A stretch of DNA of 64,000 bases, from the NCBI RefSeq assembly GCF_027887165.1, contig NC_077227.1:173162324-173226323 (forward strand), given 5' to 3'. Positions 24,639-37,469 of the stretch are shown piece after piece. The stretch comes from Monodelphis domestica (Eukaryota). The position numbers and the translations under genes are program-made. The notes beneath the pieces are model-generated. The model did no database searches and was not told the DNA's origin. It worked only from the letters and a program-made list of their open reading frames with translations. Position 1 is the stretch's first letter; every line of letters starts with the position of its first letter.

Positions 24639-25294
24639 ATCTCTATATCTTTCTCTCCATATAAATAAATAAATAAAAATCTATATATATATATATCTCC
24701 TCTCCTCACATTAACTTTTGAGAGTCCCTGAGCATTAGACCTATAATTACAAATCAATAATCTGAAGAACAAATGACAAAAATGTGCATCTGATGTCACT
24801 GATTTTCACTTTATTGTTGTTTCTGGTGGGGAAGACTTGCTGAAAATCTCAGTTGTCTCTGATCCACCTCCAACCAGGCAATCTATTGCAATTTTCGAGA
24901 AGAAAACCATCTCTTCCCAAAATATCTTGCTTAGATTTCCCCCCACCTAACCTCCCCCCACCCTGCATTAAAGATCTATTATTGGTATTAGTCAATTTTT
25001 GTGTTAAAGTGCAAATCTACATGAGAGAGGTAATGCATTCATCGAGGCAATCAAGTCACTCACACTTCAGGGTGAATTTATTGTACCAGGCTTAATCACT
25101 CAAGAAAGCTAAGTGAAAGTAGTTACCCTTGGGGAACTGAAAGTTTGATAGCATAGAAGGAGACAAAACTTAGGAGCAAGGGGTAAAATTTAGGGAGCAA
25201 AAGTGGAATGTGGCAACAAAATATTGGGGCTCCAAGGCATAAGCAGCAGAAGACATTAGGATCAGAGCAAAGGTGATATTAGAAGCATAAAAAA

Positions 25295-25484
25295 GGGGGC
25301 AGCTAGGTGGCTCAGTGGATTGAAAGCCAGGCCTAGAGACGAGAGGTCCTGGTTCAAATCTGACCTCAGACACCTCTTAGTTGTGTGACCCTGGGCAAGT
25401 CACTTGCCTAGCCCTTACTGCTCTTCTGCCTTGGAACCAATACATGATATTGATTCTAAGATGGAAGGTAGGGATTTAAAAAGA
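25295..25484 (+). mobile_element. Marsupial tRNA-derived SINE with a target-site duplication.
   Basis: Target-site duplication agaagcataaaa at 25281-25292 and 25486-25497. Confidence 0.9.
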
Positions 25485-27407
25485 AGAAGCATAAAAGAGC
25501 CAGGAAGGCGAGTAGAAGGATTCCATAGATATATTCTAATTACTTCACACTCTTGTCTAAGATACCTCTGTCTGTGATTGTTGATGCTGAATTCATTGAA
25601 ACTTTACCTTCTGAGTAGTAGCTGCTCTTGGGGGCTGAACTATCTGCACTAGTTTCATCCATGTGTTGGGTTTTTCCTTTAAGAAGTTATTGATTTCTTC
25701 CAACATAATACACAAGGGATTGGAATTCCCAGGATTCTTGAGGTCTAACATGGGAAAGGAGATGGATTCCAGGAAAGAACCAAGGAAATTGTTCAAGCAG
25801 CTCCAGACCACTTGCTGAATGACCTGCTGCAATGGATAAGAATCATTACAATTATAATAAATATAAATGTAATTAAAATTATAATCCTAATATAAGTATA
25901 ATTACATATTTATAGACCATCCCTGTAAAAATGCCTTGCTATTTGGTGGAAAGTGACAGAAGCTAGGGCAAAGGTTTATATGAGAAACAAGATAAAGCAT
26001 ACATGGTACATTTTGGTACTCTTCCCCCTTCCTCTTGATTCAATACACTTAAAATGAAGTAGGAAGGGATTGATAGGCTTGAAAACAGGCTGGAGATAAA
26101 TGGAGTGGGGAGTTGCCAAACTAGTGCAGCTCTCAGGAATAGGGCCACAGAGTACTTTTCAGGTTAGTCTGTTCTTGAGGTTCATGATATTTTTGTATGT
26201 TCCTTTATACTTTCAATTAATATATACTTATTGTGATACTTATTGTGTACTGACAAGATGTATGGGGGATGATGGTAGATAATGAAGATGACAAAAAGGC
26301 TAGACCAAAGTCCCTAGTCACATGGAGATACTAATCATCTTATTATCTAGTTGGATATATGAGATATGCACATGTAAAAAATTAACACTATAAGGACAAA
26401 TGTATAAATAAACATAATGTATATGAGGAGTTGTTTCCCCATTGTGGACTGGACCAAAAAAGGGAAAAAACAGGCTAAGAATGGACAGGGAACCCCAAAA
26501 AAAGGACTGTTCTATTTTCATCACCAATACCACTTCATTACCTACTATTAGAAAAAACATTATTCAAAACAATAAAAGAAGCTCCCAACTTTGTAGAACT
26601 TTGCAGTTTTAAAAAGTACATTTCACACAATATTCTTGTGAGGTAGAAAGGATAGTTCAGGGTTTATTATTTCCATTTAAAAAACTGAGAAATTGAGACT
26701 TAGAGAAGTGTGTCCACTTTCCCATGGTTGCACTGTTAGTAAATAGTTTGGAGTCAGGTCCTATGACTCCCAAGTCCAAAGAACCCACCATTACACCAGT
26801 CTTGAAGAGTAGGATCAGTATGTTTGAATCAACTGGAATGGGAAACATCTGAGAGGAATTATGGGCTAGTGGATAAATAGCCAAACTGAGAAAGCTTGTC
26901 AAGAAGACTGGGGTGTGAGACTCACTCTCAAGACCCAGTGATACATACCAAAGCTAGACAAATCATTGAGATTCTCCAATCTTCTGGCACACTGCTTTTC
27001 TCCATGTAGTCTATGATCTAGCTAAACTGGCCTCCTTAGGGTTCCAGATATAGAAGCAATAGAATCGTTATATCCTATCATTGCTCTTTTATTTTGCTAT
27101 CTCAAACTGTATGATTGAGGAAAAAACTGTAAGATTTAGTGAGTTAGAGACTGGTAGCTTTGTGGGGTTTTGTTTGGTTTTTGGATTTTTGGTAACTTTG
27201 GAGAGAACAGTTTCAGTTGAGTGATGAAGTCAGAAGCTAGATTGCAAAGTGCTGAGGAGTGAGTCAAGATGAAGTAGAGGCAATGCATGTAGAAAGCTTT
27301 TTCTAGGAGTTTGGTCAAAAAAGGAGGAATAATAAAAGGACTACAGATTGAGGGAATGGTAGGAAGGAATTGAAACAAATTTTAAAGGATGTTTGCAAAC
27401 AATAGGA

Positions 27408-27560
27408 AGGGGGAAGCTGGGTGTCTCTGGATTGAGAGCCAGGCATAGAAATGGGAGGTTCTGGGTTCACATCTGGCCTTCCGAGTACCTATTTCCTAGC
27501 TGCGTGACAATAAGCAAGTCATTTACCCCCATTGCCATTCCCCAGAAAATAGCAATCAGC
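27408..27560 (+). mobile_element. Diverged SINE copy of the same family.
   Basis: gggggaagctgggtgtctctggattgagagccaggcatagaaatgggaggttctgggttcacatctggcc. Confidence 0.7.
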
Positions 27561-29244
27561 CTGGAAGGGAGGGCAAAAAATCGTGAAATATCCTTTCCTA
27601 GTCCCACCTTAGAGTTGGAGTCCCCTCCCCCTCCACGTCCACGTCCCCCTACTCCCACCCCATCATTCTAACTGGTGTTTATCAACTGCAACTTTCAGAG
27701 GGAAACTTTTAGAAATTCCTTTCAATGGTTTAACTTATCCTGGACACATCCATCATCTTATAAGTTGAAGCAAATTATAACTATATAATGGTCTTTTTTT
27801 TTTTCAAGGAAAAGTGCTGATATAATTATAATGCAGAACCATGAATCAGCTAAAATACTAAGTCTAATCAAAAAAAGGAAGAAAAATAAGAAATGCATAA
27901 AATGAATAAAATAAAAATGAGAAACAAGAAAAGATAGCTCGTAAGAAATTAGTGGTAATTACTATAGATAGGTTAGAAATTTGAGAATATCAAAGAAATG
28001 GATGACAATCTCAAAACACATAAAATGCCTAAACTAAATAAAATACATTCTATTCATCTTTTAGTTCTTCCAGAGTTGAAAATATCAAGTCCTAGTGCTA
28101 AGGAGGAAAAACAAATAAAACAAAAAGTTCTCCTCTCTCTCCTAAAGTCACAGGACACAGAATAATCTGTTCTGCCATGGGTGAGTACAGAGGACTAGGA
28201 GGAGAGATGGCAAGCAAAACCCTCTCCCAAATACTTAAAAACAAAAAAACCTGTTCAACAGAAATTGATACCACTCATCTACCTTGGGACCACACACAGT
28301 ATTGATTCTAAGAAGGAAGGTAAGAATTTTTAAAGTTTTTTTTTTTTAATATATAAAAAGGAAAAGAAAACAATAGAGAAGGAACCAGTGGTTGGAAGGG
28401 GGAAGATGTTCATTGATTTGTTAATTCATCATTTTATACAATTTCAGAGAAACTAGAAGTAGCCCTGAATTAAGAGAGGCTTAAGACAGTCCATTTTGTA
28501 AGACTCCATCCATCTGACTCCACTGCACGAAGTGGAGAAGCTGAAGGGTATTCTCAAATGGAAAGATGCTGAGTTCTAGGATTCTAAGGCAATATGGGTT
28601 CATTTGGTCTCAGTCTTGGAAGGGTTGACATCTTTGTGCTACCTCTTCTGAATGACTGATGGTGGAATTACTCCTGCAACCACTAGACCACTGGGTAGAC
28701 CAATAGACTTTTCTGAATCAATCTATACTGGGAATGGCCCATGGACCAAATCTCAGGGTGTATTTATAATTATGTAATTCTTATTCTAAATCTGCCTTTA
28801 TCTCTGAGAAGCCATCACTGTCCATTTCTTTTTTCTTGGTCTTTCTGTTTTCCTCTATCTAATTCTTGCCTGCATCGATTTCTCTCATCTACCTAGACCA
28901 GACATGTGACTATGTAAGATTGTCTGGAGGCAGAAAAAGCCTCTGGGTGATGCCCTGGAAACCCTCAGGAGCAGCACTGGACAGTAACTGGTCCAGTGTA
29001 AGAGAAATCATATCCCAAGGTGCTGGGAGCCATCAGCCCATGATGCCTTCACAGAGCATGGTAGATGGGGACACCACAGAGTGGTCCTTGGCAAAATGTG
29101 ACTGCCCACTCTATCCCTTTTACATTACCTCTTTCATCAATGCTCCTTACCTATGAATTGACATGATTATTATTCCCCCTAGTCTTAAAAGAAATAATGC
29201 AAGAACAAAACACCTGTACCCTAATTCCTCAAAACATCACCAAG

Positions 29245-30295
29245 TAAATTAGGTGAACACAGAATAGTATACATGTCAGACCTTTGGGAAGAGAAAGATT
29301 TAAAAACCAAGCAAGATTTAGAAAGAGTCACAAAATGTAAAATAAATAATTTTGACTACATCAAATTAAAAAGTTTCTGTACAAACAAAACCAATGTAAC
29401 TAAAATTAGAAGGGAGGCAACAAATTAGGAAACAATCTTCATAACAAAAACCTCTGACAAAGGTCTAATTACTCAAATTTACAAAGAATTAAACCAGTTG
29501 TACAAAAAAATCAAGCCATTCTCCAATTGAAAAATGGGCAAGGGACATGAATAGGCAGTTTTCAGTTAAAGAAATCAAAACTATTAATAAGCACATGAAA
29601 AAATGTTCTAAATCTCTTATAATCAGAGAGATACAAATCAAAACAACTCTGAGGTATCACCTCACACCTAGCAGATTGGCTAACATGACAGCATGCAGAA
29701 AGTAACGAATGCTAGAAGGGATGTGGCAAAGTTGGAACATTAATGCATTGCTAGTGGAGTTGTGAATTGATCTAACCATTCTGGAAGACAGTTGGGAACT
29801 AGGCCCAAAGGGCGATAAAAGACTGTCTGCCCTTTGATCCAGCCATAGCACTGCTGGGTTTATACCCCAAAGAGATAATAAGGAAAAATTATTGTACAAG
29901 AATATTCATAGCCACACTCTTTGTGGTGGCCAAAAATTGGAAAATGAGGGGATACCCCTTAATTGGGGAATGGCTGAACAAACTATGGTATATGTTGGTG
30001 ATAGAATACTATTGTGCTAAAAGGAATAATAAGGTGGAGGAATTCCATGGATACTGGAACAACCTCCAGGAAGTGATGCAGAGTGAAGGAGCAGAACCAG
30101 GAGAACATTGTATACAGAGACTGATACACTGTGGTTCAATCGAACATAATGGACTTCTCCATTAATGGCAATACAATGTCCCTGAACAATCTGCAGGGAT
30201 CTATGAGGAAAAAAAAAAACTATTATCAAGCAGAGGACAAACTGTGGGAGTAAAAACACTGAGGAAAAGCAACTGTTTGACTACAGAGGTGGAGG
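29245..30295 (+). mobile_element. Older L1 3' fragment (ORF2 C-terminus plus 3'UTR), left part, split by the young L1 insertion.
   Basis: ORF2 C-terminal homology ([33 protein letters not shown]...). It ends at the target-site duplication of the nested L1. Confidence 0.85.
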
Positions 30296-30883
30296 GGATA
30301 TGATTAAGAGATGCTAAATGAGAGACTTCCGGGTAATCATGGCTGCAACCTAGACGCCGCACGCTTCCTCTCCCCAGCACCGAACGAAATAGACTACATC
30401 AAAGGAGCATAAAATCACCTTTGGAGGAACAGAAGGACTCCCCAGTACCCCACAGAGGCAAAGGTACGTGGGGCTTGAACATTTCCACACTAAAATAAGA
30501 AGGAAAAGCTTGCACAGAAAAGTGAACTGAGCCGCCCTTCCCCCACCCCACCTCCCCCACTAAACCAGAGTGAGCTACCTGAGCGCTCACCGGGACAGCG
30601 AGTGAGTGGGGAGCGTCTCTGTCTGGGGGGGCACTCCAGGGTCCTTGGGATCTGGGGACTGCCAGGAAAAAACGTCTCAGGGCGCTTTCACTGGAGAATC
30701 CAGCGGACCTGGACTTGGGGCGGGCTGCGCTGAACAACGCGCGCTGATTATCTGGGCGGAGCTGAATACCTGGGCTCGGAGGCTGGGAAGAACTAGTCTG
30801 AAGCAACCTAAATTCACAGAAAAACCGCTCTTATAACCCAGACCACAGACCAAAAAGGAAAGGGAAATAAAACCACCAAAGGG

Positions 30884-31867
30884 ATGGCTCACATGGCCCA
30901 AAATCAAGCCTCCAGGAAGAAAGGGAAAAAAGTGACTATTGAAAACTTTTATGGTGGAAGTACCCAAGGAAAAGAGGAGAATGAGGAGGAAATCCAAAAA
31001 AATTCAGAACACGCCTCCCAAAATGGAAACTATCAACAAGCTCTGGAAGATCTCAAACTGGAACTTATCCAAAAGATGGAAACCTTCTGGAAAGAAAAAT
31101 GGGAGAAAGAGATCAGCTGTCTGACAGATAAGACTGCTCAATTGGAAAAAGAACTCGAAGCATCCAATAGAAGGGCAGACAAGGCTGAAAAGCAAATCCA
31201 GTCCCTAATGACCAGAATTAAGCACCTCGAAGAAAGTGAGATGATAAAACAGCAAGAATCAATAAAGCAAACCCAAATAATTAATGAATTGGAAGAAAAC
31301 ATAAAATATCTCACTGAGAAGGTCACGGACCTGGAGAACAGAGGAAGACGAGAAAATCTCCGTATCATCGGTCTCCCAGAAAAACCAGAGGTAAACAACA
31401 AATTGGATATTATTCTAGAGGAGATTATAAAAGAAAATTGCCCCCACGTTCTGGAGCAAGGGGGCAAAATAGAAATAGAAAGGATTCATAGAACACCTTC
31501 TATACTAAATCCCCAAAAGACAACGCCCAGGAATGTAATTGCCATATTCAAGAGCTTCCAAGTAAAGGAGAAAATCCTACAAGAAGCCAAGAAGAAGAGC
31601 TTCAGATATAAGGGGGCTCCCATAAGGATCACACACGACTTAGCGGCTAATACACTAAGAGACCGCAAAGCATGGAACACGATATTTAGAAAGGCAAGAG
31701 AGCTGGGTCTCCAACCAAGAATCAACTACCCAGCAAAACTGACTATATACTTCCAGGGGAAAGTATGGGCATTCAACAAAATAGAAGATTTCCAAGCATT
31801 TGCTAAGAAAAGACCAGAGCTCTGTGGAAAGTTCGATATCCAAGCACAGAAAGCAAGAGAAACATGA
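30884..31867 (+). CDS. L1 ORF1 protein (327 aa), intact.
   Basis: Coiled-coil-rich translation (LEDLKLELIQKMETFWKEKWEKEI...) with the C-terminal RNA-binding region of L1 ORF1p. A second, diverged copy of the same protein begins at 63346. Confidence 0.9.
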   Translation: MAHMAQNQASRKKGKKVTIENFYGGSTQGKEENEEEIQKNSEHASQNGNYQQALEDLKLELIQKMETFWKEKWEKEISCLTDKTAQLEKELEASNRRADKAEKQIQSLMTRIKHLEESEMIKQQESIKQTQIINELEENIKYLTEKVTDLENRGRRENLRIIGLPEKPEVNNKLDIILEEIIKENCPHVLEQGGKIEIERIHRTPSILNPQKTTPRNVIAIFKSFQVKEKILQEAKKKSFRYKGAPIRITHDLAANTLRDRKAWNTIFRKARELGLQPRINYPAKLTIYFQGKVWAFNKIEDFQAFAKKRPELCGKFDIQAQKARET

Positions 31868-32553
31868 AAAGGTAAATATTAAAGAAAGGGAAAAGGAGAT
31901 AAATCTTATCTTTTTCTTTAAGTCAAACTCTCTTCTATAAGGACTACATTTACATCAAATTATATATATTAATATGTGGGGAAAATGTTTTGTGTAACTC
32001 TCATAAATTGTATCATCATAAGAGTAGTTAGAAGAAACATGCATAGGGAAAGATTGGGGAATTAAGAAGATTTGGGGAAAGTTGGGGCAAAAAAAGGAAA
32101 AGGGAGGGGGGAACCGTGATAATACTAAGATTAACTTCAAGAAATAGGGGGGGAATCAATAGAATAAACTTTCCCATATAAAGATACACATGGGAAGGGG
32201 AGGGGAAGAACTCTCATATGAGAAGGAGAGGAAGAGAGCGTGAAGTGGAATTACTTAAACCTTACTCTCAGTGAAATCAAATCTGAGAGGGAAGAACATC
32301 TAGATCCAGTGGGATCCTGAATTCTATCTTATCCATTAGGGCAAGAAAGAAAGGAAAATTAAGGAGGGGGAGGGGGGAGGGAGTACAAAAAGGGAGGGAA
32401 GGAGAAGGGGGAGGGGAAGGGAGCATAAAAAGGGAGGGGCTAGAAAGGGAAGCATCTCAAGGGAGGGGACTAGGGGGACTGACCTAAAGTAAATCACTGG
32501 TTCAAAAGGAGAAAGCTAAAGAAGAAAGGTCAGAACTAGGGGAAGACATCAAA

Positions 32554-35500
32554 ATGCCAGCGAATCCACAAATCACAATCATAACTTTGAACGTGAATGG
32601 GATGAACTCACCCATAAAATGCAGACAAATAGCAGATTGGATTAGAACACAAAACCCTACCATATGTTGTCTTCAAGAAACACATATGAGACGGGTTGAC
32701 ACTCACAAGGTTAGAATTAAAGGTTGGAGGAAGACCTTTTGGGCCTCAACCGATAGAAAGAAGGCAGGAGTTGCAATCATGATATCTGACAAAGCCAAAG
32801 TACAAATAGACCTGATCAAAAGGGACAGGGAAGGTAAATATATTCTGCTAAAAGGAAGTATAGACAATGAGGAAATATCACTAATCAATATGTATGCACC
32901 AAATGGTATAGCATCCAAATTTTTAATAGAGAAACTAGGAGAATTGAAGGAGGAATTAGACAGTAAAACCATATTAGTGGGAGACTTGAACCAACCACTA
33001 TCAAATTTAGATAAATCAAATCAAAAAATAAATAAGAAAGAGGTAAAAGAGGTGAATGAAATCTTAGAAAAATTAGAATTAATAGACATATAGAGAAAAA
33101 TAAATAGGGACAAAAAAGAATACACCTTCTTTTCAGCACCACATGGCACATTCACAAAAATAGATCATACACTAGATCATAGAAACATGGCACTTAAATG
33201 CAGAAAAGCAGAAATATTAACTGCAGCCTTTTCAGATCACAAGGCAATTAAAATATTGATCGGCAAGGGTACATGGAGACCCAAATCAAAAATTAATTGG
33301 AAATTAAATAACACGATACTCCAAAATCGGATAGTTAGAGAAGAAATCATAGAAACAATTAACAATTTCGTTGAAGAAAATGACAACGGCGAAACATCCT
33401 TTCAAACCTTATGGGATGCAGCCAAGGCAGTACCTAGAGGAAAATTCATATCCCTGAGTGCATATATTAACAAATTAGGGAGGACAGAGACCAAGGAATT
33501 GGAAATGCAAATAAAAAAACTTGAGAATGAACAAATTAAAAACCCCCAGAAGAAAACCATACTAGAGATTCTAAAAATTAAGGGAGAAATTAATAAAATA
33601 GAAAGTGACAGAACTATTGAGCTAATAAACAAGACTAGAAGCTGGTACTTTGAAAAAACAGACAAAATAGACAAAGTACTGGTTAATTTAATTAAAAAAA
33701 GGAAAGAAGAAAGGCAAATTAATAGCATCAAGGATGAAAAGGGGGATCTCACCTCAAATGAAGAGGAAATTAAGGCAATCATTAAAAACTACTTTGCCCA
33801 ACTATATGGCAATAAATATACCAACCTAGGTGATATGGATGAATATTTACAAAAATATAAATTGCCTAGACTAACAGAAGAAGAAATAGTTTTCTTAAAT
33901 AATCCCATATCAGAAATTGAAATCCATCAAGCCATCAAAGAACTGCCTAAGAAAAAATCCCCAGGGCCTGATGGATTCACCAGTGAATTCTATCAAACAT
34001 TCAGAGAACAGTTAACCCCAATATTATACAAACTATTTGACATAATAAGCAAAGAGGGAGTCCTATCAAACTCCTTTTATGACACAAGCATGGTACTAAT
34101 TCCAAAGCCAGGCAGGCCAAAAACAGAGAAAGAAAACTATAGGCCAATCTCCCTAATGAATATAGATGCAAAAATCTTAAATAGGATACTAGCAAAAAGA
34201 CTCCAGCAAGTGATTAGAAGGGTCATCCACCATGATCAAGTAGGATTCATACCAGGGATGCAGGGCTGGTTCAACATTAGGAAAACTATCCACATAATTG
34301 ACCACATCAACAAGCAAACCAACAAGAATCACATGATTATCTCAATAGATGCAGAAAAAGCCTTTGATAAAATACAACACCCATTCCTACTAAAAACACG
34401 AGAAAGCATAGGAATAGAAGGGTCATTCCTAAAAATAATAAACAGTATATATCTAAAACCATCAGCTAATATCATCTGCAATGGGGATAAACTAAATCCA
34501 TTCCCATTAAGATCAGGAGTGAAACAAGGATGCCCATTATCACCTCTATTATTTGACATTGTATTAGAAACACCAGCAGTAGCAATTAGAGAAGAAAAAG
34601 AAATTGAAGGCATCAAAATAGGCAAGGAGGAGACCAAATTATCACTCTTTGCAGATGACATGATGGTCTACTTAAAGAATCCTAGAGACTCAACCAAAAA
34701 GCTAATTGAAATAATCAACAACTTTAGCAAAGTTGCAGGATACAAAATAAACCCACATAAGTCATCAGCATTTCTATATAATTCCAACACAGCTCAGCAG
34801 CAAGAACTAGAAAGAGAAATCCCATTCAAAATTACCCAAGACAAAATAAAATACTTAGGAATCTATCTCCCGAGACAAACACAGGATCTATATGAACACA
34901 ACTACAAAACACTTTCCATACAACTAAAACTAGACTTGAACAATTGGAAGAACATTAACTGCTCATGGGTAGGACGAGCCAATATAATAAAAATGACCAT
35001 CCTACCCAAACTCATCTATCTATTTAGTGCCATACCCATGGAACTTCCAAAAATTTTTTTTACTGACTTAGAAAAAAACATAACAAAGTTCATTTGGAAG
35101 AACAAAAGATCAAGGATATCCAGGGAATTAATGAAAAAAAATACAAAGGAAGGGGGTCTTGCAGTCCCAGATCTCAGACTATATTATAAAGCAGCGGTCA
35201 TCAAAACAATTTGGTACTGGCTAAGAGACAGAAAGGAGGATCAGTGGAATAGACTGGGGGCAAGCAACCTCAGCAAGACAGTATATGACAAACCCAAAGA
35301 TCCCAGCTTTTGGGACAAAAATCCACTATTTCATAAAAACTGTTGGGAAAATTGGAGGACAGTGTGGGAAAGATTAGGCTTAGATCAACACCTCACACCC
35401 TACACCAAGATAAATTCAAAATGGATGAATGACTTGAACATAAAGAAGGAAACTATAAGAAAATTAGGCGAACACAGAATAGTATACATGTCAGACCTTT

Positions 35501-36360
35501 GGGAAGGGAAAGACTTCAAAACCAAGCAAGAATTAGAAAGAATTACAAAATGCAAAATAAATAATCTGGATTACATCAAATTAAAAAGTTTTTGTACAAA
35601 CAAAACCAATGTAACCAAAATCAGAAGGGTAGCAACAAATTGGGAAACAATCTTCATAAAAACCTCTGACAAGGGTTTAATTACTAAAATTTATAAAGAA
35701 CTAAATCAATTGTACAAAAAATCAAGCCATTCTCCAATTGACAAATGGGCAAGGGACATGAACAGGCAATTCTCAGCCAAAGAAATCAAAACTATTAATA
35801 AGCACATGAAAAAGTGCTCTACATCTCTTATAATCAGAGAGATGCAAATCAAAACAACTCTGAGGTATCATCTCACACCTAGCAGATTGGCTAACATGAC
35901 AGCTATGCAAAGTAATGAATGCTGGAGGGGATGTGGCAAAGTGGGGACATTAATTCATTGCTGGTGGAGTTGTGAATTGATCCAACCATTCTGGAGGGCA
36001 ATTTGGAACTATGTCCAAAGGGCGATAAAAGACTGTCTGCCCTTTGATCCAGCCATAGCACTGCTGGGCTTGTACCCCAAAGAGATAATGGACAAAAAGA
36101 CTTGTACAAAAATATTCATAGCTGCGCTCTTTGTGGTGGCCAAAAATTGGAAAATGAGGGGATGCCCCTCAATTGGGGAATGGCTGAACAAATTGTGGTA
36201 TATGTTGGTGATGGAATACTATTGTGCTAAAAGGAATAATAAAGTGGAGAAGTTCCATGGAGACTGGAACAACCTCCAGGAAGTAATGCAGAGCGAGAGG
36301 AGCAGAACCAGGAAAACATTGTACACAGAGACTGATACATTGTGGTACAATCGAAGGTGA
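32554..36360 (+). CDS. L1 ORF2 protein (endonuclease, reverse transcriptase, C-terminal domain), interrupted by a single in-frame TAG at 33091-33093.
   Basis: Endonuclease start [22 protein letters not shown]. The reverse-transcriptase motif FADDMMVY is present. Two ORFs (32554-33093 and 33187-36360) lie in the same frame and are separated only by one TAG. The minus-strand L1 copy has TGG (Trp) at the same position. Confidence 0.9.
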
Positions 36361-36629
36361 TGGACTTCTCCATTAGTATCAATGCAATCCCTGAACAATC
36401 TGCAGGGATCTAAAAAAAAAATACTACCCACAAGCAGAGGATAAACTGTGGGAGTAAAAACACCGCTGAAAAGCAACTGCTTGACTACAGGGTTGGAGGA
36501 GATAAGACTGAGGAGAGACTCTAAATGAACACTATAATGCAAACTCCAACAACAGGGAAATGGGTTCGAGTCAAGAACACATGTGATAACCAGTGGAATC
36601 ATTCGTCGGCTATGGGAGAGGGAAAGGCG

Positions 36630-36660
36630 GGGGGGGGGGGGGGGGGGGAGGGGGGGGGAG
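36630..36660 (+). repeat. G-tract in the 3'UTR of the full-length L1: (G)19 A (G)8 A (G)8.
   Basis: aggcgggggggggggggggggggagggggggggagg. Confidence 0.9.
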
Positions 36661-36737
36661 GAAAAGAAAACGATCTTTGTTTCCAGTGAATAATGTATGA
36701 AAACGACCAAATAAAATAATATTAAAATTAAAAAAAA

Positions 36738-36950
36738 AAAAGAGATGCTAAATGAGCACCCTAATGTAAATACCAACAAGGAAATGGGTCCGGAGCAAGG
36801 ACACATGTGATACACAGTGGAATCACTCGTTGGCTAGGGGAGGGTGGTGGGGGGATGGGGGAGGAAAAGAAAATGATCTGTTTCCAATTAATAATGTATG
36901 AAAATGACCAAATAAAATAATGTTTAAAAAAAAATCACCAAAAGATCAGA
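36738..36950 (+). mobile_element. Right part of the older L1 3'UTR with its poly-A tail. It resumes after the nested young L1.
   Basis: The sequence starts with the duplicated aagagatgctaaatgag and continues as an L1 3'UTR (gggatgggggaggaaaagaaaatgatctgtttcc...tttaaaaaaaaa). Confidence 0.8.
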
Positions 36951-37265
36951 CCCTTAAAACCAATCCCCAAAAGATTAGCATGAGTTAACTTTTATTTAGG
37001 TACATAATTCCCAGCAAAACTGCAGCTACAGGCCAAGCCCAAAACTTTCCCACTTACAGAAACCTATTCTCATGAAGCCAGTACACAAATCAATCATATA
37101 GGCCCAGACAATAAGTACATCAGGCTTCAGTATGCCTCAGTGACTCAATTACACAAATCAGTAATTCAGGAACTCCCTAGTAGAAAGCCTGAGAAATGAC
37201 CAGTCTAAATTTGAATTATGTTCCCGGTACCCCTCAACCTCAATAATATGATTGTTGAATTGTCT

Positions 37266-37469
37266 TTTTTTTTTTAAACCCTTACCTTCCGTCTTGGAGT
37301 CAATACTGTGTATTGGCTCCAAGGCAGAAGAGTGGTAAGGGATAGGTAATGGGGGTCAAGTGACTTGCCCAGGGTCACACAGCTAGGAAGTGGCTGAGGC
37401 CAGATTTGAACCTAGGACCTCCCATCTCTAGGCCTGGCTCTCAATCCACTGAGCTACCCAGCTGCCCCC
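37266..37469 (-). mobile_element. Marsupial tRNA-derived SINE with a target-site duplication.
   Basis: Target-site duplication tgaattgtctt at 37255-37265 and 37470-37480. Confidence 0.9.

Larger units (their letters stand above)
30296..36737 (+). mobile_element. Full-length L1 (LINE-1) retrotransposon, about 6.4 kb: 5'UTR, ORF1, ORF2, a 3'UTR with a G-tract, and a poly-A tail.
   Basis: The 5'UTR (30296-30883) starts agacttccgg and is CpG-rich. ORF1 spans 30884-31867 and ORF2 spans 32554-36360. The poly-A tail lies at 36725-36737. The insertion is flanked by a 17-bp target-site duplication, aagagatgctaaatgag (30279-30295 and 36738-36754). Confidence 0.95.

Noticed and set aside
31004-34661. 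Multiple minus-strand ORFs of 60-130 aa inside the full-length L1: 31004-31195, 31138-31467, 31486-31725, 32703-32972, 33402-33782, 34001-34195 and 34329-34661.
   Set aside because: They are antisense to the L1 ORF1 and ORF2 coding sequence. The translations are low-complexity and Leu/Ser/Ile/Phe-rich. They are products of AT-rich antisense coding DNA, not genes.
36219-36815. 198-aa minus-strand ORF.
   Set aside because: It spans the L1 ORF2 end, the 3'UTR and the poly-G tract (PPPPPPP). No start or splice context supports it. It is an artefact of repeat sequence.
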